Origin: a bacterium
Lineage (GTDB): Bacteria > UBA10199 > 2-02-FULL-50-16 > JAJFLM01
Length of the DNA stretch: 64,000 bases
Direction: 5' to 3'
NCBI GenBank assembly: GCA_965216315.1
Contig: CBDCFN010000016.1
Location: 704,001-768,000, forward strand
Under the pieces are notes generated by a model. That model ran no database searches and was not told where the DNA came from. It saw only the letters and a list, made by a program, of their open reading frames with translations. This document shows positions 1-9,775 of this stretch, piece by piece (the stretch's first letter is position 1; each line of letters begins with the position of its first letter). The position numbers and the translations under genes were made by a program.

Positions 1-3000
1 GACGCGGACACCACCCGTTTCAAAGCCATGGAGGACTTCTTCCGTCACAATATTCTCAGGGATACGGATGCGCAGCCGGCCATGACGCAGATTGCCGGAG
101 CCGGAAACGATGGATGTTGTATCGACCGCAGTCCGATTCTGCGATTGAATCTCTCCTGCAGCGTTTCGCTCCGTGATGGTTAGATTGCCTTGTAATCTGT
201 GACGCCGGCGTGGAATACGGAGACGTTGACGTTCCATGTCAACGCGCGTTGAGATCGAACCATCCATTAAGAGTTCACCTTCTTGCTGAATTGTCGAGCC
301 GTCTTCGCGGGTTTGGGTTAGATTGATACGAAATCCGCGAATGCGCAGGCGACTGCTTGAACCCGATTCGCTTCCACGGACCGAAAAACGACCGGGAAGG
401 ACCGTAATGGTGCCACGTGTCTGACCATCGCGAGAGCGATAGGGGATTGAGCGTTGCCGTATCGGCAATGACGCTTCGTAGGAGGCGTGGGGAGATTCGG
501 ATTGAATTTGTTGGAGGTTGGCGTGACCCCGCAAGTCAATCCGTCCCAGGTTTCGTATGATGGCACGGACTAAAAAAGAGGGGATGCTGACGTCTTGAAT
601 GCCGCCGATATTGTAATAGCGATCTCCATCTTCGGGCTCACAGCTAGCTGAATCAGCTGTACATGTCACGGCAGAACCATCCCGATAACTGTCGGGATCA
701 AGCGTACTGGCGATAGCTTCAGAGTTCATAGGGATGACAATTCCTTCCGCGAACAAGCGGGCGCGGGACGGGATCATATCACGAGAATTTTCTCGAGCGG
801 TACGAACACTGCGGCCGAGGTCCGGAGCTAGGCCACGTAAAAAGTTTTCTATGCCGTTCAGGATGCCGTCGAAGACGGAACGACCGGGCAATTGCCCGAC
901 AAGATTGTTAAGGTGTCCATTGAGTTCGGCACGAACGACAAACTGGGGCTGACCGGCTTCGTTGACTTCGTCGCGGATGTGCAGGGTGATACCGCTCGCT
1001 AAGGTTTCACCGTTACGCCGAATACGGGCATTATCGATGCGAATGCGGATGCCCCCGACTCGCGGGGCTAGTTCAGGAACGGATGTCTCACTCGTTCTAT
1101 TAAGGAGGGAGAGATCGCCACTGACCTGGCCGCTGATGTTTAGAGTACCGGCCAGGGCCGGGGCGTCAGGAATAGCACTGCGCGGAATCGTTATGCGGAG
1201 GTCGTGCACTTCGGCTGTAAAATGGGCTTGGCTCGTGTAGCCAAGCGGGTGAGTCAAAGGATTGTTGCGTAAGGACGAATTAAGAGTGACTTGAATGTTT
1301 TGTAGCGCCGAGGCGTCACCTCGTAGTTGGACAGCGCCAATATCCGCGTTCAGGGGGCCCAGGAGCGAGAGATCACTTAGCTGTATCATGCGCGTGACAC
1401 GACGTTCTCCGGTCTCACTGTCTTGATAAGGTGTGTCTTGCAGTCTGAGCCCGACAGCGGCATCGCTTTGCAGGGTATTTCCATTCAAGTGACCGGATAA
1501 ATTTAATTGATTGAGGATGTTGAGTGTAACGAGGTCATTCTCAATGCTGAAATCTCCTGAAGTGTGGATTTGTCCGGAGATATTTTGAAAGAGATGTTCT
1601 CCCGAACTTCCCGAAATGTCAGTAAGGTTTACCATCCCATCAATGTTGCCGGAAACGTGATCGACGTGATGCACAGAGGTCGGGTCAATGCGAATATCGG
1701 GAGCGACAAGTAGATGGAAATAGGGAAGCGTGACATGTCCGTCGCTGAAGTGAACAGGAAACGCTTGTGACGGCAGCGCCATGCGGCCGGAAAGATCAAT
1801 GAGGACGCCTTGCTCGTCGGCAGTAAGCTGGGCCTGTGCGGATAGCGGCCGATCTAAAATGCGATCCCCCATTTGCGCACTTTGGATGTCTAAAGATGCC
1901 TGGGCGTTGCCGAGCAGGCGCACATGTCCGCCGCTTAAATAGCTGATTGATAAATTGCTGATGAGTTGGTTCGGGTTGTTACTGCGTTCAACGGTGATGT
2001 CCGGAACGCCCTCAATATTAATGACTTCGATGTTGCCCTCTTGGGTGATGACACCGTGTAGAAATATTTGAGCCAAGACGTCATCGAGTAAGCGCGGTGA
2101 CGGGGGTCCATCGACTTGCGCGGTCGTATTAATGACGCCTTGGATGGGAAGATGAATGCTACGCTCACCCGCGATAGGATCGTGAATGCGGATCTGTTGA
2201 AAATCAAAGGTTGTTAATAGGTTTGCAACTAATTGGGCATGTTCGGCGGGTTGATCGCGACGACGGAGTTGATCACGGAGGCGCGGGTTGTCAAATGCCA
2301 CACTCCAGCTGGCGAGATTGGGACCGTCGCCAAAGTCTATTGTCATGGGTGAGAAACGATAAGGATGCTCGGGGTCCGGTTGAATCTCCATTGTTTGCCC
2401 GGCGATGTTTACGACTCCGTTGGTCCGTGCGCGGAGTAGATAAGGAAGGGCGCTGAGCGGATTCTGCGGGTCGCGAGCGATAAGCGTTGGAGGATTGATA
2501 TGCAGATCGGGATCTTGCGGGCAGCCGCCCGCCGCGGCCATTTCACTGACGTCGAGGCCGAGGCCGATCATAGTCGGGAAATCAAGTGGCGATGGGATGC
2601 CGTCGCGAAGGCGACGTGTTGTCGGAAGATCGTGATCGACTTCCCAATCGCGCTCGTCATCGCAAATCAACTCATCGCGATAATTAAAGCCTAGCGGGAG
2701 TTGTGATAAGAGATTCAGGTCTTGATTGAGTCCGAACGGCCACCACAGTCGATGCGGTTCATCGCTGAACCGACTGCGATGTTCGACCTGTCCGCTGATC
2801 GTCGGTGAGCCGTCGTTGAGAAAAATTTGTTCGGGTCGAAAGAGGATGTTTACCCCAATCCAGCTCGGCATCCAATCGGGATAGATATCCTCGCGCAGGG
2901 CGCGCAATCGCGCGCCACGGATATTGGCGAGGGGACCGGAGAGATCCAGGGCCCCACATCGGATGCCGCGCGTTGGGGCCTCGATGCGGACAAGGCCTCC

Positions 3001-3150
3001 ATTGAGGCCCATTGGGAGCAAATGAGTGTCGACGATGACCGGACGGGCTGGATCGGCGCCGCGTGACGGGACGAAAATGGTCGCGGACCCGCTAAAGACC
3101 CCGTTCAAAGGAGTTGAATTGGTACAGATATTGTTAAGTTCAGGCGGCAT
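1..3150 (-). CDS. Large hypothetical protein (>=1050 aa, 3' end runs off the window), beta-strand-rich, possibly AsmA/TamB-like
   Basis: Manual reading found no in-frame stop from the ATG at 3150 (MPPELNNICTNSTPL...) to base 1. GGAG lies about 10 nt upstream. The alternating hydrophobic pattern suggests beta strands. The product call is weak. Confidence 0.8.
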   Translation of the reverse strand, partial: MPPELNNICTNSTPLNGVFSGSATIFVPSRGADPARPVIVDTHLLPMGLNGGLVRIEAPTRGIRCGALDLSGPLANIRGARLRALREDIYPDWMPSWIGVNILFRPEQIFLNDGSPTISGQVEHRSRFSDEPHRLWWPFGLNQDLNLLSQLPLGFNYRDELICDDERDWEVDHDLPTTRRLRDGIPSPLDFPTMIGLGLDVSEMAAAGGCPQDPDLHINPPTLIARDPQNPLSALPYLLRARTNGVVNIAGQTMEIQPDPEHPYRFSPMTIDFGDGPNLASWSVAFDNPRLRDQLRRRDQPAEHAQLVANLLTTFDFQQIRIHDPIAGERSIHLPIQGVINTTAQVDGPPSPRLLDDVLAQIFLHGVITQEGNIEVINIEGVPDITVERSNNPNQLISNLSISYLSGGHVRLLGNAQASLDIQSAQMGDRILDRPLSAQAQLTADEQGVLIDLSGRMALPSQAFPVHFSDGHVTLPYFHLLVAPDIRIDPTSVHHVDHVSGNIDGMVNLTDISGSSGEHLFQNISGQIHTSGDFSIENDLVTLNILNQLNLSGHLNGNTLQSDAAVGLRLQDTPYQDSETGERRVTRMIQLSDLSLLGPLNADIGAVQLRGDASALQNIQVTLNSSLRNNPLTHPLGYTSQAHFTAEVHDLRITIPRSAIPDAPALAGTLNISGQVSGDLSLLNRTSETSVPELAPRVGGIRIRIDNARIRRNGETLASGITLHIRDEVNEAGQPQFVVRAELNGHLNNLVGQLPGRSVFDGILNGIENFLRGLAPDLGRSVRTARENSRDMIPSRARLFAEGIVIPMNSEAIASTLDPDSYRDGSAVTCTADSASCEPEDGDRYYNIGGIQDVSIPSFLVRAIIRNLGRIDLRGHANLQQIQSESPHASYEASLPIRQRSIPYRSRDGQTRGTITVLPGRFSVRGSESGSSSRLRIRGFRINLTQTREDGSTIQQEGELLMDGSISTRVDMERQRLRIPRRRHRLQGNLTITERNAAGEIQSQNRTAVDTTSIVSGSGNLRHGRLRIRIPENIVTEEVLHGFETGGVRV

Positions 3151-3209
3151 AGATCATGGTCTCCGTGAGGTCTAAGGACCTCTCGTCAAACCATGACAAC
3201 CCACTAACA

Positions 3210-3236
3210 TCTTCGCAGGGGGTAGCTAAAAGTTGC
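3210..3236 (-). promoter_or_regulatory. sigma28/FliA-like promoter
   Basis: GCAA-N15-TGCGAAGA on the - strand, 60 nt upstream of the ATG at 3150. Same geometry as six other sites in the window. Confidence 0.5.
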
Positions 3237-3280
3237 CTCAAAAACCCTGTAATTGTTTGCGAATTTCTTCAAATGGGTCT

Positions 3281-3334
3281 GTAGGGGCGCCCCTTGGCGC
3301 GCCCAAGTGAGGGTGCAGCAAGCGGCACCCCTAC
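3281..3334. repeat. GTAG-family REP doublet (REPIN-like)
   Basis: GTAGGGGCGCCCCTTGGCGCGCCC...GGGTGCAGCAAGCGGCACCCCTAC: two inverted GTAG-headed hairpins just past the acs stop codon. Confidence 0.7.
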
Positions 3335-3338
3335 GGTA

Positions 3339-5312
3339 TTAAACAGCGCCCTGTAGCAGGTCTTGGACAACGCTCGGATCGGCCAAAGTCGTTATGTCAC
3401 CAAGGTTTTCCGTCTCGCCCTCGGCGATTTTGCGCAGGATGCGGCGCATGATCTTTCCTGAGCGCGTTTTGGGCAGGGCCGCCGCAAATTGGAGGCGATC
3501 CGGAGTGGCCGTGGGCCCAATCTCTTTCCTGACATGGGCGACGAGTTCTTTGCGCAAGGCTTCGGTATTATCGATGCCTTCCTTGAGGGTAACGTAGGCA
3601 TGGATGCCTTGGCCTTTCACTTCATGAGGAAAACCGACGACCGCGGATTCGGCGACGGCGTCGTGGGAGACGAGCGCGCTTTCGACTTCCGCCGTGCCGA
3701 TGCGATGTCCAGAGATGTTGAGGACATCGTCGATGCGTCCCATCAGCCAATAATCACCATCTTCGTCAATTCGGGCCCCGTCGCCGGTAAAGTACATACC
3801 GGGAAAACGACTGAAGTAAGCCTCTTTAAAGCGTTCATGCTGACCGTAAACCGTCCGCATGATACCGGGCCAAGGTTTCTTAATGATTAGATAGCCACCT
3901 TCGTTGGTTTGGCATTCACTGCCATCTTCGCGGATGATTGCAGGTTCCACGCCAAAAAAAGGTCGTGACGCCGAGCCCGGTTTCGTTGTCATCGCGCCGG
4001 GTAGCGGCGTAATGAGAATACCACCTGTTTCAGTCTGCCACCAAGTATCAACGATGGGGCACTGTTTGTTGCCAACCACTTCTTGATACCAGATCCAGGC
4101 CTCGGGATTGATCGGCTCTCCGACTGTGCCAAGTATCTTTAACGATGAAAGATCATGTTTGGTGACAGGTTCATCACCTTCGCGCATCAAGGCGCGTATC
4201 GCTGTCGGTGCCGTGTAAAAGGTGTTGACCTTATATTGTTCGACGATGGACCAAAAACGATCAGCAGCCGGGTAGGTCGGGATGCCTTCGAACATCACTG
4301 ATTGCGCCTGATTGCAGAGCGGCCCATAGACAATGTAACTATGTCCGGTGACCCAACCGATGTCTGCCGTGCACCAAAAGAGATCCTCCGGATGATAATC
4401 GAAGACGTATTTAAAGGTGGTCGCTGCATAGACCATGTAACCAGCGGTTGTATGCAGGACCCCCTTGGGCTTGCCGGTTGAGCCGGAGGTGTAAAGGATA
4501 AAGAGGGGGTCTTCGGCCTCCATGGGTTCGGCCGGGCACTCCGTTGAAGCGGTGGTGACCGTATCATGCCACCAGACATCGCGCCCGTTTTTCATGTTAA
4601 TAGCAGTTCCCGTGCGTTTGACGACGAGACATTTGTCTACCTCATGGCCTTGTTGCTGACACAGCTCAAGGGCCTGGTCACAGATGCCTTTTATGGGAAT
4701 CTCTTTGGCACCGCGATAACCGCCATCACTGGTGATCAAGTGAGAACAGCCGGCATCGAGGATGCGATCTTTGAGGGACTCGGCACTAAAGCCACCAAAG
4801 ACGACCGAGTGGACGGCCCCAATCCGCGCACAGGCGAGGAGCGTTATGGCCAGTTCGGGTATCATTGGCATGTAGATTGCGACGCGGTCGCCCTTGCTGA
4901 CCCCTAACTTTTTCAGGGCATTCGCGCACTGACAGGCCTGGGCGTGCAGTTCACCATAGGTGATGCGGCGCTCTTCACCGGGTTCGTTGCCGACCCATAG
5001 AAAGGCGAGGCGATCCGCGGCAGCGGGGAGGTGACGATCGAGGGCATTATAGCAGATATTGGTTTGCGCCCCCTCAAACCACTTGATTTCGATCTTGTCG
5101 TTCCACTCATAGGAACAAACCTGATCCCATTTTTTGAACCACGTAAAATCAGCGGCCAGCTCCGCCCAGAAGGCCTCGGGTTCCCGAATGGATCGGTCAT
5201 ATAGTTCTTGATAGTGTTGGGGTGAATTGACCCAGGCGCGCTTGCGGATAATCTCCGTCGGTGGAAAATGACGGCCTTCGTGACTCAATGACTCGATACT
5301 GTCGGAAGTCAT
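3339..5312 (-). CDS. acs: Acetyl-CoA synthetase (AMP-forming)
   Basis: [14 protein letters not shown]-binding motif, [10 protein letters not shown] and [12 protein letters not shown]. Start moved to MTSDSIES (5312) because the longer ORF overlaps the divergent gene. Confidence 0.97.
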   Translation of the reverse strand: MTSDSIESLSHEGRHFPPTEIIRKRAWVNSPQHYQELYDRSIREPEAFWAELAADFTWFKKWDQVCSYEWNDKIEIKWFEGAQTNICYNALDRHLPAAADRLAFLWVGNEPGEERRITYGELHAQACQCANALKKLGVSKGDRVAIYMPMIPELAITLLACARIGAVHSVVFGGFSAESLKDRILDAGCSHLITSDGGYRGAKEIPIKGICDQALELCQQQGHEVDKCLVVKRTGTAINMKNGRDVWWHDTVTTASTECPAEPMEAEDPLFILYTSGSTGKPKGVLHTTAGYMVYAATTFKYVFDYHPEDLFWCTADIGWVTGHSYIVYGPLCNQAQSVMFEGIPTYPAADRFWSIVEQYKVNTFYTAPTAIRALMREGDEPVTKHDLSSLKILGTVGEPINPEAWIWYQEVVGNKQCPIVDTWWQTETGGILITPLPGAMTTKPGSASRPFFGVEPAIIREDGSECQTNEGGYLIIKKPWPGIMRTVYGQHERFKEAYFSRFPGMYFTGDGARIDEDGDYWLMGRIDDVLNISGHRIGTAEVESALVSHDAVAESAVVGFPHEVKGQGIHAYVTLKEGIDNTEALRKELVAHVRKEIGPTATPDRLQFAAALPKTRSGKIMRRILRKIAEGETENLGDITTLADPSVVQDLLQGAV

Positions 5313-5361
5313 TGCCAAGGGGAACCAAATCCGTTTAATTTTGTCAACGGAGGGTATTACG

Positions 5362-5769
5362 ATGTCGAAAATGACAATGAAGTATGAAGGGGATCTTGAG
5401 CTGAGCGTGCGCCACGAGCTCTCAGGTGTGGAAATTAAGACAGATGCGCCACCGGACAACCGAGGGAAAGGGCGCAGCTTTTCGCCGACGGATTTGATGG
5501 CGACGTCGATTGCGAGTTGTTATCTGACTTTGATGGGGATAGGCGCTGACGAAATGGGTGTCGATATTACCGGGATGTCCGCGGATGTCGAAAAGATCAT
5601 GGTTAATGAACCGACCCGGCGCATCGGCGAAGTCAAAGTGGATGTCCAGATGCCCGCAGGAATACCGGAAGACAAGCGGGAGGATTTGATTGCTTGGGCC
5701 AAGAAGTGCCCCGTGTGTAAGACCTTGTCGCCGGAATTGAAGGTGACGGTGAATTATAATTGGCCTTAG
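5362..5769 (+). CDS. OsmC/Ohr family protein
   Basis: TDAPxDNxG, FSPTDL..SIASC and C-terminal CPV motifs. GGAGGG RBS before 5362. Confidence 0.9.
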   Translation: MSKMTMKYEGDLELSVRHELSGVEIKTDAPPDNRGKGRSFSPTDLMATSIASCYLTLMGIGADEMGVDITGMSADVEKIMVNEPTRRIGEVKVDVQMPAGIPEDKREDLIAWAKKCPVCKTLSPELKVTVNYNWP

Positions 5770-5789
5770 GGGCGCTGCTAGCCGCGCCC
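5766..5789 (+). repeat. Single REP-like hairpin at the OsmC/EVE junction
   Basis: TTAGGGGCGCTGCTAGCCGCGCCC matches the reverse complement of the second REP half (3311-3334) at 18/24 positions, with compensatory stem changes. Confidence 0.5.
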
Positions 5790-6242
5790 TAATTTAACAA
5801 TCCGATCAAAATGTTTCTTTTCAACTGGCTGCACAGAGAGCCGCATGCCTCTTTTGATGACGAGCATGCCGGAACAGGCGGGGTCTAGTTTAATTTGATC
5901 TAGCGTCACGATCTCCGGAAATTTCTCTACGAATTTCACATCGACCATGTGCCAGATTGGATTTTCAGGACTGGCCTTGGGATCGAGATGGTGAGTGCTA
6001 CCGTCCCAGGCCGTAAAATCGGGATAGCCCTCTTTGCAGACCTCAGCGAGGCCAGCGACGCCGGTAGGCTTGGCGTTGGAATGATAAAACAGTACGCCGT
6101 CGCCTTTCTTCATATCGTCACGCATGAAATTTCGGGCTTGATAATTACGAACCCCGTCCCATTCGCCGCGCTTATCGCGCTTAAGGTCGTCGATGGAGTA
6201 GGAGCCAGGCTCGCTTTTCATTAGCCAATAACGTTTCGGCAT
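5778..6242 (-). CDS. EVE domain protein
   Basis: YWLMKSEP, WDGVRNYQARN, FYHS and RLSVQPV motifs. Confidence 0.95.
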   Translation of the reverse strand: MPKRYWLMKSEPGSYSIDDLKRDKRGEWDGVRNYQARNFMRDDMKKGDGVLFYHSNAKPTGVAGLAEVCKEGYPDFTAWDGSTHHLDPKASPENPIWHMVDVKFVEKFPEIVTLDQIKLDPACSGMLVIKRGMRLSVQPVEKKHFDRIVKLGRG

Positions 6243-6257
6243 GCCCTTAAATCTCCC

Positions 6258-6284
6258 ACAACTTCGCGAACGTCAAGGCGATAA
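6258..6284 (+). promoter_or_regulatory. sigma28/FliA-like promoter, near-leaderless transcript
   Basis: ACAA-N15-GGCGATAA. The ATG follows 9 nt later with no Shine-Dalgarno. Confidence 0.55.
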
Positions 6285-6293
6285 GCCCGGCAT

Positions 6294-7484
6294 ATGGTGC
6301 TGAATGTCCTCAATGGGATGCTTTCCCTCCAGCAATTCGGTCAAGCGGCGCTCGTTTCCGGTCTCTTGATTCGCAACGGATCCCATAGCGCTCAAGCGCG
6401 TGATTTGGCACAAGACAAGGTGTGGCTGTCCGAATCGGCCGAGGCCATCGCAGCGGATCCTGATGCCGACTTAGGTGAGCTCGTCGGGGAGCTCAATGCC
6501 CGGGCCTTGGACAAAATTGCCACGGTAGTTGCGATGGCCCGGCCGCAGCTGGAGCGGATACCGGCGGGGGTTCATATTATTGGAGAAGAACAAAAGGCCC
6601 GGTGGCGAGAATTTCCAGCGTTTGACTTAGCCGCGACGCCGGTTAGTTATCGTCAGTATGTTGATCTTGCCAAGGTTTGCGGCCTGATGTTGCGACGTCC
6701 TCACGACTTGGTCAAAAGCGATACGCATCCGATCGTCAATGTGTCATGGTTTAGTGCCCATGAATACGCGGCGTGGTTGACCGTACTGACCGGCGAGACT
6801 TATCGGATGCCGACCGAAGCGGAGTGGGAACGTGCGGCGCGTGGCAATCCGGTTCTCCTTAATGACCGTACGGACGAAGCGAAGGCAGAAGAATTCTTTC
6901 GAAATCACTGGGACAACCATTTTGAGAACGGTTTCATTTGGGATGAACGGAGTCTCTTGCGAGAGAAGGCACAGATTATTCATGATGATGAGCAGCTCAG
7001 TCGATTTATTGAGGTGGGTATTCAAGTCGGGGCGTATCATGTGTATGGGACCGATAATGGCAGTCTCGATGGCGTGCGTGCCTTGTGGAGCAGTCACTGT
7101 CCACTTACCAGTGGCTGTTACGGAGCGAATCCGTTCGGGCTGTACGACATGTGCGGCAATACGTACGAGATGACCGTCGGTGAAGAGGAGCAGCCCGTGC
7201 TCAAGTCGGGCTATTTTAAGCAGCAAGATCACTGGGAGCTGCGCGCCGCCTCTCGGATCGATGTTGCAAAGATACATTGGCATCTTGCCCAGCGCGCGCA
7301 CCACATCCAATTGCTGCGTTCTTGGCTCTATCTCCCGCAATATGCTCGCTTCGAGCATGATGAATTGGCGATTCCGCCGATTAGTTTTCGCCTGTTGCGT
7401 GAAACAGCGCCGGTACCCGAGGCCATGAATAGGGCCCTCCTGGCCGTGACCGAAGGGACGAAGCGCTCCAACTGGAGTCGTTAG
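6294..7484 (+). CDS. FGE-sulfatase (SUMF1/EgtB/PvdO-fold) domain protein, diverged
   Basis: HPIVNVSW, YRMPTEAEWERAARG and NPFGLYDMCGN motifs. The usual RGG and GFR motifs read KSG and SFR. Confidence 0.8.
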   Translation: MVLNVLNGMLSLQQFGQAALVSGLLIRNGSHSAQARDLAQDKVWLSESAEAIAADPDADLGELVGELNARALDKIATVVAMARPQLERIPAGVHIIGEEQKARWREFPAFDLAATPVSYRQYVDLAKVCGLMLRRPHDLVKSDTHPIVNVSWFSAHEYAAWLTVLTGETYRMPTEAEWERAARGNPVLLNDRTDEAKAEEFFRNHWDNHFENGFIWDERSLLREKAQIIHDDEQLSRFIEVGIQVGAYHVYGTDNGSLDGVRALWSSHCPLTSGCYGANPFGLYDMCGNTYEMTVGEEEQPVLKSGYFKQQDHWELRAASRIDVAKIHWHLAQRAHHIQLLRSWLYLPQYARFEHDELAIPPISFRLLRETAPVPEAMNRALLAVTEGTKRSNWSR

Positions 7485-7487
7485 TTT

Positions 7488-7514
7488 TCAAGGATTTCAG
7501 TCCCTTCCCGAATA
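7488..7514 (+). promoter_or_regulatory. sigma28/FliA-like promoter
   Basis: TCAA-N15-CCCGAATA upstream of the RBS and TTG start at 7572. Confidence 0.5.
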
Positions 7515-7571
7515 AGTGCGAAACAATTTATCCCATTCGGGCGATGATGCCGGTATCGGGAGGGTTTCGTA

Positions 7572-9701
7572 TTGCTTTTTGCGGGTTCAGTGCCAATTTC
7601 AACTCTTTGCGCCTCAGCCTCGACGGCGCAACTTGCCGCCAGTATTGGACTTGTCGCCAATATGACCCAAGCGGCAAATAATCAAGAGCTCGTGACAATT
7701 TATGCAAATCTTCCCCGGAACTTAGAAGATTGGCGCTCGCATGGCCTTGAGGGAGATGAATTAACGGCGGTCGCAGCAATGATAGGGCAGGAACCGGAGG
7801 GACGCCTGTTGGCAGATCGGTTGCTGGCCTTGGAAGGGCGGCTCTGGGGGGAGATTGTTCAAGGACGCCAACTCGATGAACCGCTCCGGCAGGTGCTTCA
7901 TCAACGTTTGAATCGCGAGCTGACGACGAAGCGGAATTTTGTCGAAAAGGCCTCCCGGTGGATACGCCAGCCCTGGCTCAAGGCCTTCATGTATCATGCG
8001 CGCGTCTCATCGCTTCCCTCGACAGGCAATGTCCATTGGACTCCTTTGGTGCAATCCTTTGAGTTGGAACGTGAACTAGGGCGCCCTGTTTTTCTCAAGC
8101 TTGAAAGCGAACAGTCGGTTGGGTCTTTTAAGAATCGCGGTGCCACGAATCTTTTGATTCATCAAATGATTGATCTTATGCTCGCTGGTGTCGACCCGCG
8201 TGATGTCAGCGTCGTGACGGCCAGTCACGGCAATGCGGCGCAAGGCGTTGTTCAAGCGGCACATAATTTGGGGATCCCCAATGTTATTGTCTATCTTCCG
8301 AAAAACGCCTCGCGACTTAAGCGGCGTCAACTTATTGATCAGGGTGCGGAAGTGCGGCTCCAAGGTCAGACTTTCGAAGAGGCGGAAGATAGGGCTCGTG
8401 AGGAGAGTGCGCCGTCGCATCTGTCTCTTTTTGTGCCGGCATTTCGTCACGATTTGATTGCCGAAGGACAGGGCTCGATCGGCTTAGAGATTGAAGCCGA
8501 TATGAAGGCCTTCGGGCATAATGAGTTTGCTGTCATTGCCGGGGCCGGTGGGCTTGGTTTGTTGAGCGGTTTATCCGTTGCACTCAGTGCCAATCATTCC
8601 ATTTTCGGCGTTGAATCTGAATTGCTCGCATTTGCTTCTCGCTCTTTTGCTGTCGGTGAGGTCGTGCAGCCGGCAGACATTAATCATATTGATACGGTTG
8701 CGGATGGCAGCGCGTTGCTGCGTATCGACGGACAACTCTTTGATCGCTATGTGAAACCAGGAGTGCAAGACATTGTTGCCATTCCGGAACCGGAGATTCA
8801 GGGGGCGATTGCAGCACTCCATGATTTCAATGTGATGGCCGAGGGCTCCGCAGCGGCCACCGTGGGGGCGATGCTTTTCGGTGGCCTTAAGCTAGAGCGT
8901 TATGGGGTTCCGAGTGATCTTCCCGTTGTGTTTGTCGTTTCCGGAAAAAATATCGATGAAGAGGTAAGGGCGCCGGTGTTGGCGAAGTATCGGCAAGGTG
9001 ATTGGCGCCGTCTTGAGCGTGAGGCACGTACCGAAGATTTGAACCGCTATCTCACCCATCATGGCTTTGTCAGGGATAATGTGGTCTTGCCGCTGATTGA
9101 TGAGGTTAAGCCTTATCATTATATAAGGACACTCAATTTTGTTGATTTTCTTGCGTGTCGGCTCCCTGAAGGCTGGGACCTCATCGATGCCTTTCGCGAA
9201 CTTGACTTCGGGCCTTTTGTTGACGTGAAAGGGCCGCGTGCAACGTTTCGGAGTATGGGTGAGTTTTCGACGCGACGTTACGAGGAAGACGCTCACCAAT
9301 TAGGCAACCGTCTTTATGCGCTGTTTCATCCGGTTGCGAATCGCGCGAACATTGTCATTCAGGCGGGTGCGGTTGCAGCAAGTCGTCCAGAGGTCCTAGG
9401 GACGTTGATTGAGGAATTGGAACAGCAGCCAGGCACCCGGATTAAAACGTGGATTTCGCGTCTGGCAGGGGAAGCCCGCGTGATCGAGCACTATGCGCGT
9501 TACCCGGAGTGGCAGCTGCGCCTGGCCCCTGAGCTGTCTGAGCGTGAACGGCACAGCAAGATGAGGCGTCTACTTGATGTAGTCGATCGACTGAATAGGG
9601 CCATCGCGCAGTTGTTGCCTCACTTTGAGTCGGATACCAACACGCAATTGTTCCTGCTCTCGGCACTCAATCAACCCATCCCCGTACCGATAAAAAAATA
9701 A
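7572..9701 (+). CDS. PLP-dependent threonine/serine dehydratase-like protein with long N- and C-terminal extensions
   Basis: GSFKNRGA (PLP lysine), ASHGNAAQG, GAGGLGL, DTVADG and VVSGKNID. About 150 aa N-terminal and 240 aa C-terminal are unassigned. Confidence 0.8.
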   Translation: MLFAGSVPISTLCASASTAQLAASIGLVANMTQAANNQELVTIYANLPRNLEDWRSHGLEGDELTAVAAMIGQEPEGRLLADRLLALEGRLWGEIVQGRQLDEPLRQVLHQRLNRELTTKRNFVEKASRWIRQPWLKAFMYHARVSSLPSTGNVHWTPLVQSFELERELGRPVFLKLESEQSVGSFKNRGATNLLIHQMIDLMLAGVDPRDVSVVTASHGNAAQGVVQAAHNLGIPNVIVYLPKNASRLKRRQLIDQGAEVRLQGQTFEEAEDRAREESAPSHLSLFVPAFRHDLIAEGQGSIGLEIEADMKAFGHNEFAVIAGAGGLGLLSGLSVALSANHSIFGVESELLAFASRSFAVGEVVQPADINHIDTVADGSALLRIDGQLFDRYVKPGVQDIVAIPEPEIQGAIAALHDFNVMAEGSAAATVGAMLFGGLKLERYGVPSDLPVVFVVSGKNIDEEVRAPVLAKYRQGDWRRLEREARTEDLNRYLTHHGFVRDNVVLPLIDEVKPYHYIRTLNFVDFLACRLPEGWDLIDAFRELDFGPFVDVKGPRATFRSMGEFSTRRYEEDAHQLGNRLYALFHPVANRANIVIQAGAVAASRPEVLGTLIEELEQQPGTRIKTWISRLAGEARVIEHYARYPEWQLRLAPELSERERHSKMRRLLDVVDRLNRAIAQLLPHFESDTNTQLFLLSALNQPIPVPIKK

Positions 9702-9728
9702 GCAACCTTTGGTAGGGCCCTCCGAAGA
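9702..9728 (+). promoter_or_regulatory. sigma28/FliA-like promoter
   Basis: GCAA-N15-TCCGAAGA upstream of the GGAGGG RBS and ATG at 9776. Confidence 0.5.
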
Positions 9729-9775
9729 AGGACTGGGTTATTAATCGAGCCATCTAGGATGGAGGGTCATCGGGC

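Noticed and set aside
318..3066. Short ORFs listed in the first 3 kb
   Set aside because: They overlap the long open minus-strand frame 1-3150 and are best explained as shadow ORFs.
5313..5459. N-terminal extension of acs in the ORF track
   Set aside because: It overlaps the divergent OsmC gene and Acs similarity begins at MTSDS. Track starts for rtcB, the kinase-regulator, the NHL protein, yqgE, M20 and dus were trimmed for similar reasons.
6294..7484. FGE/CLec fold as a diversity-generating retroelement target
   Set aside because: No reverse transcriptase and no template/variable repeat pair is visible in the window.
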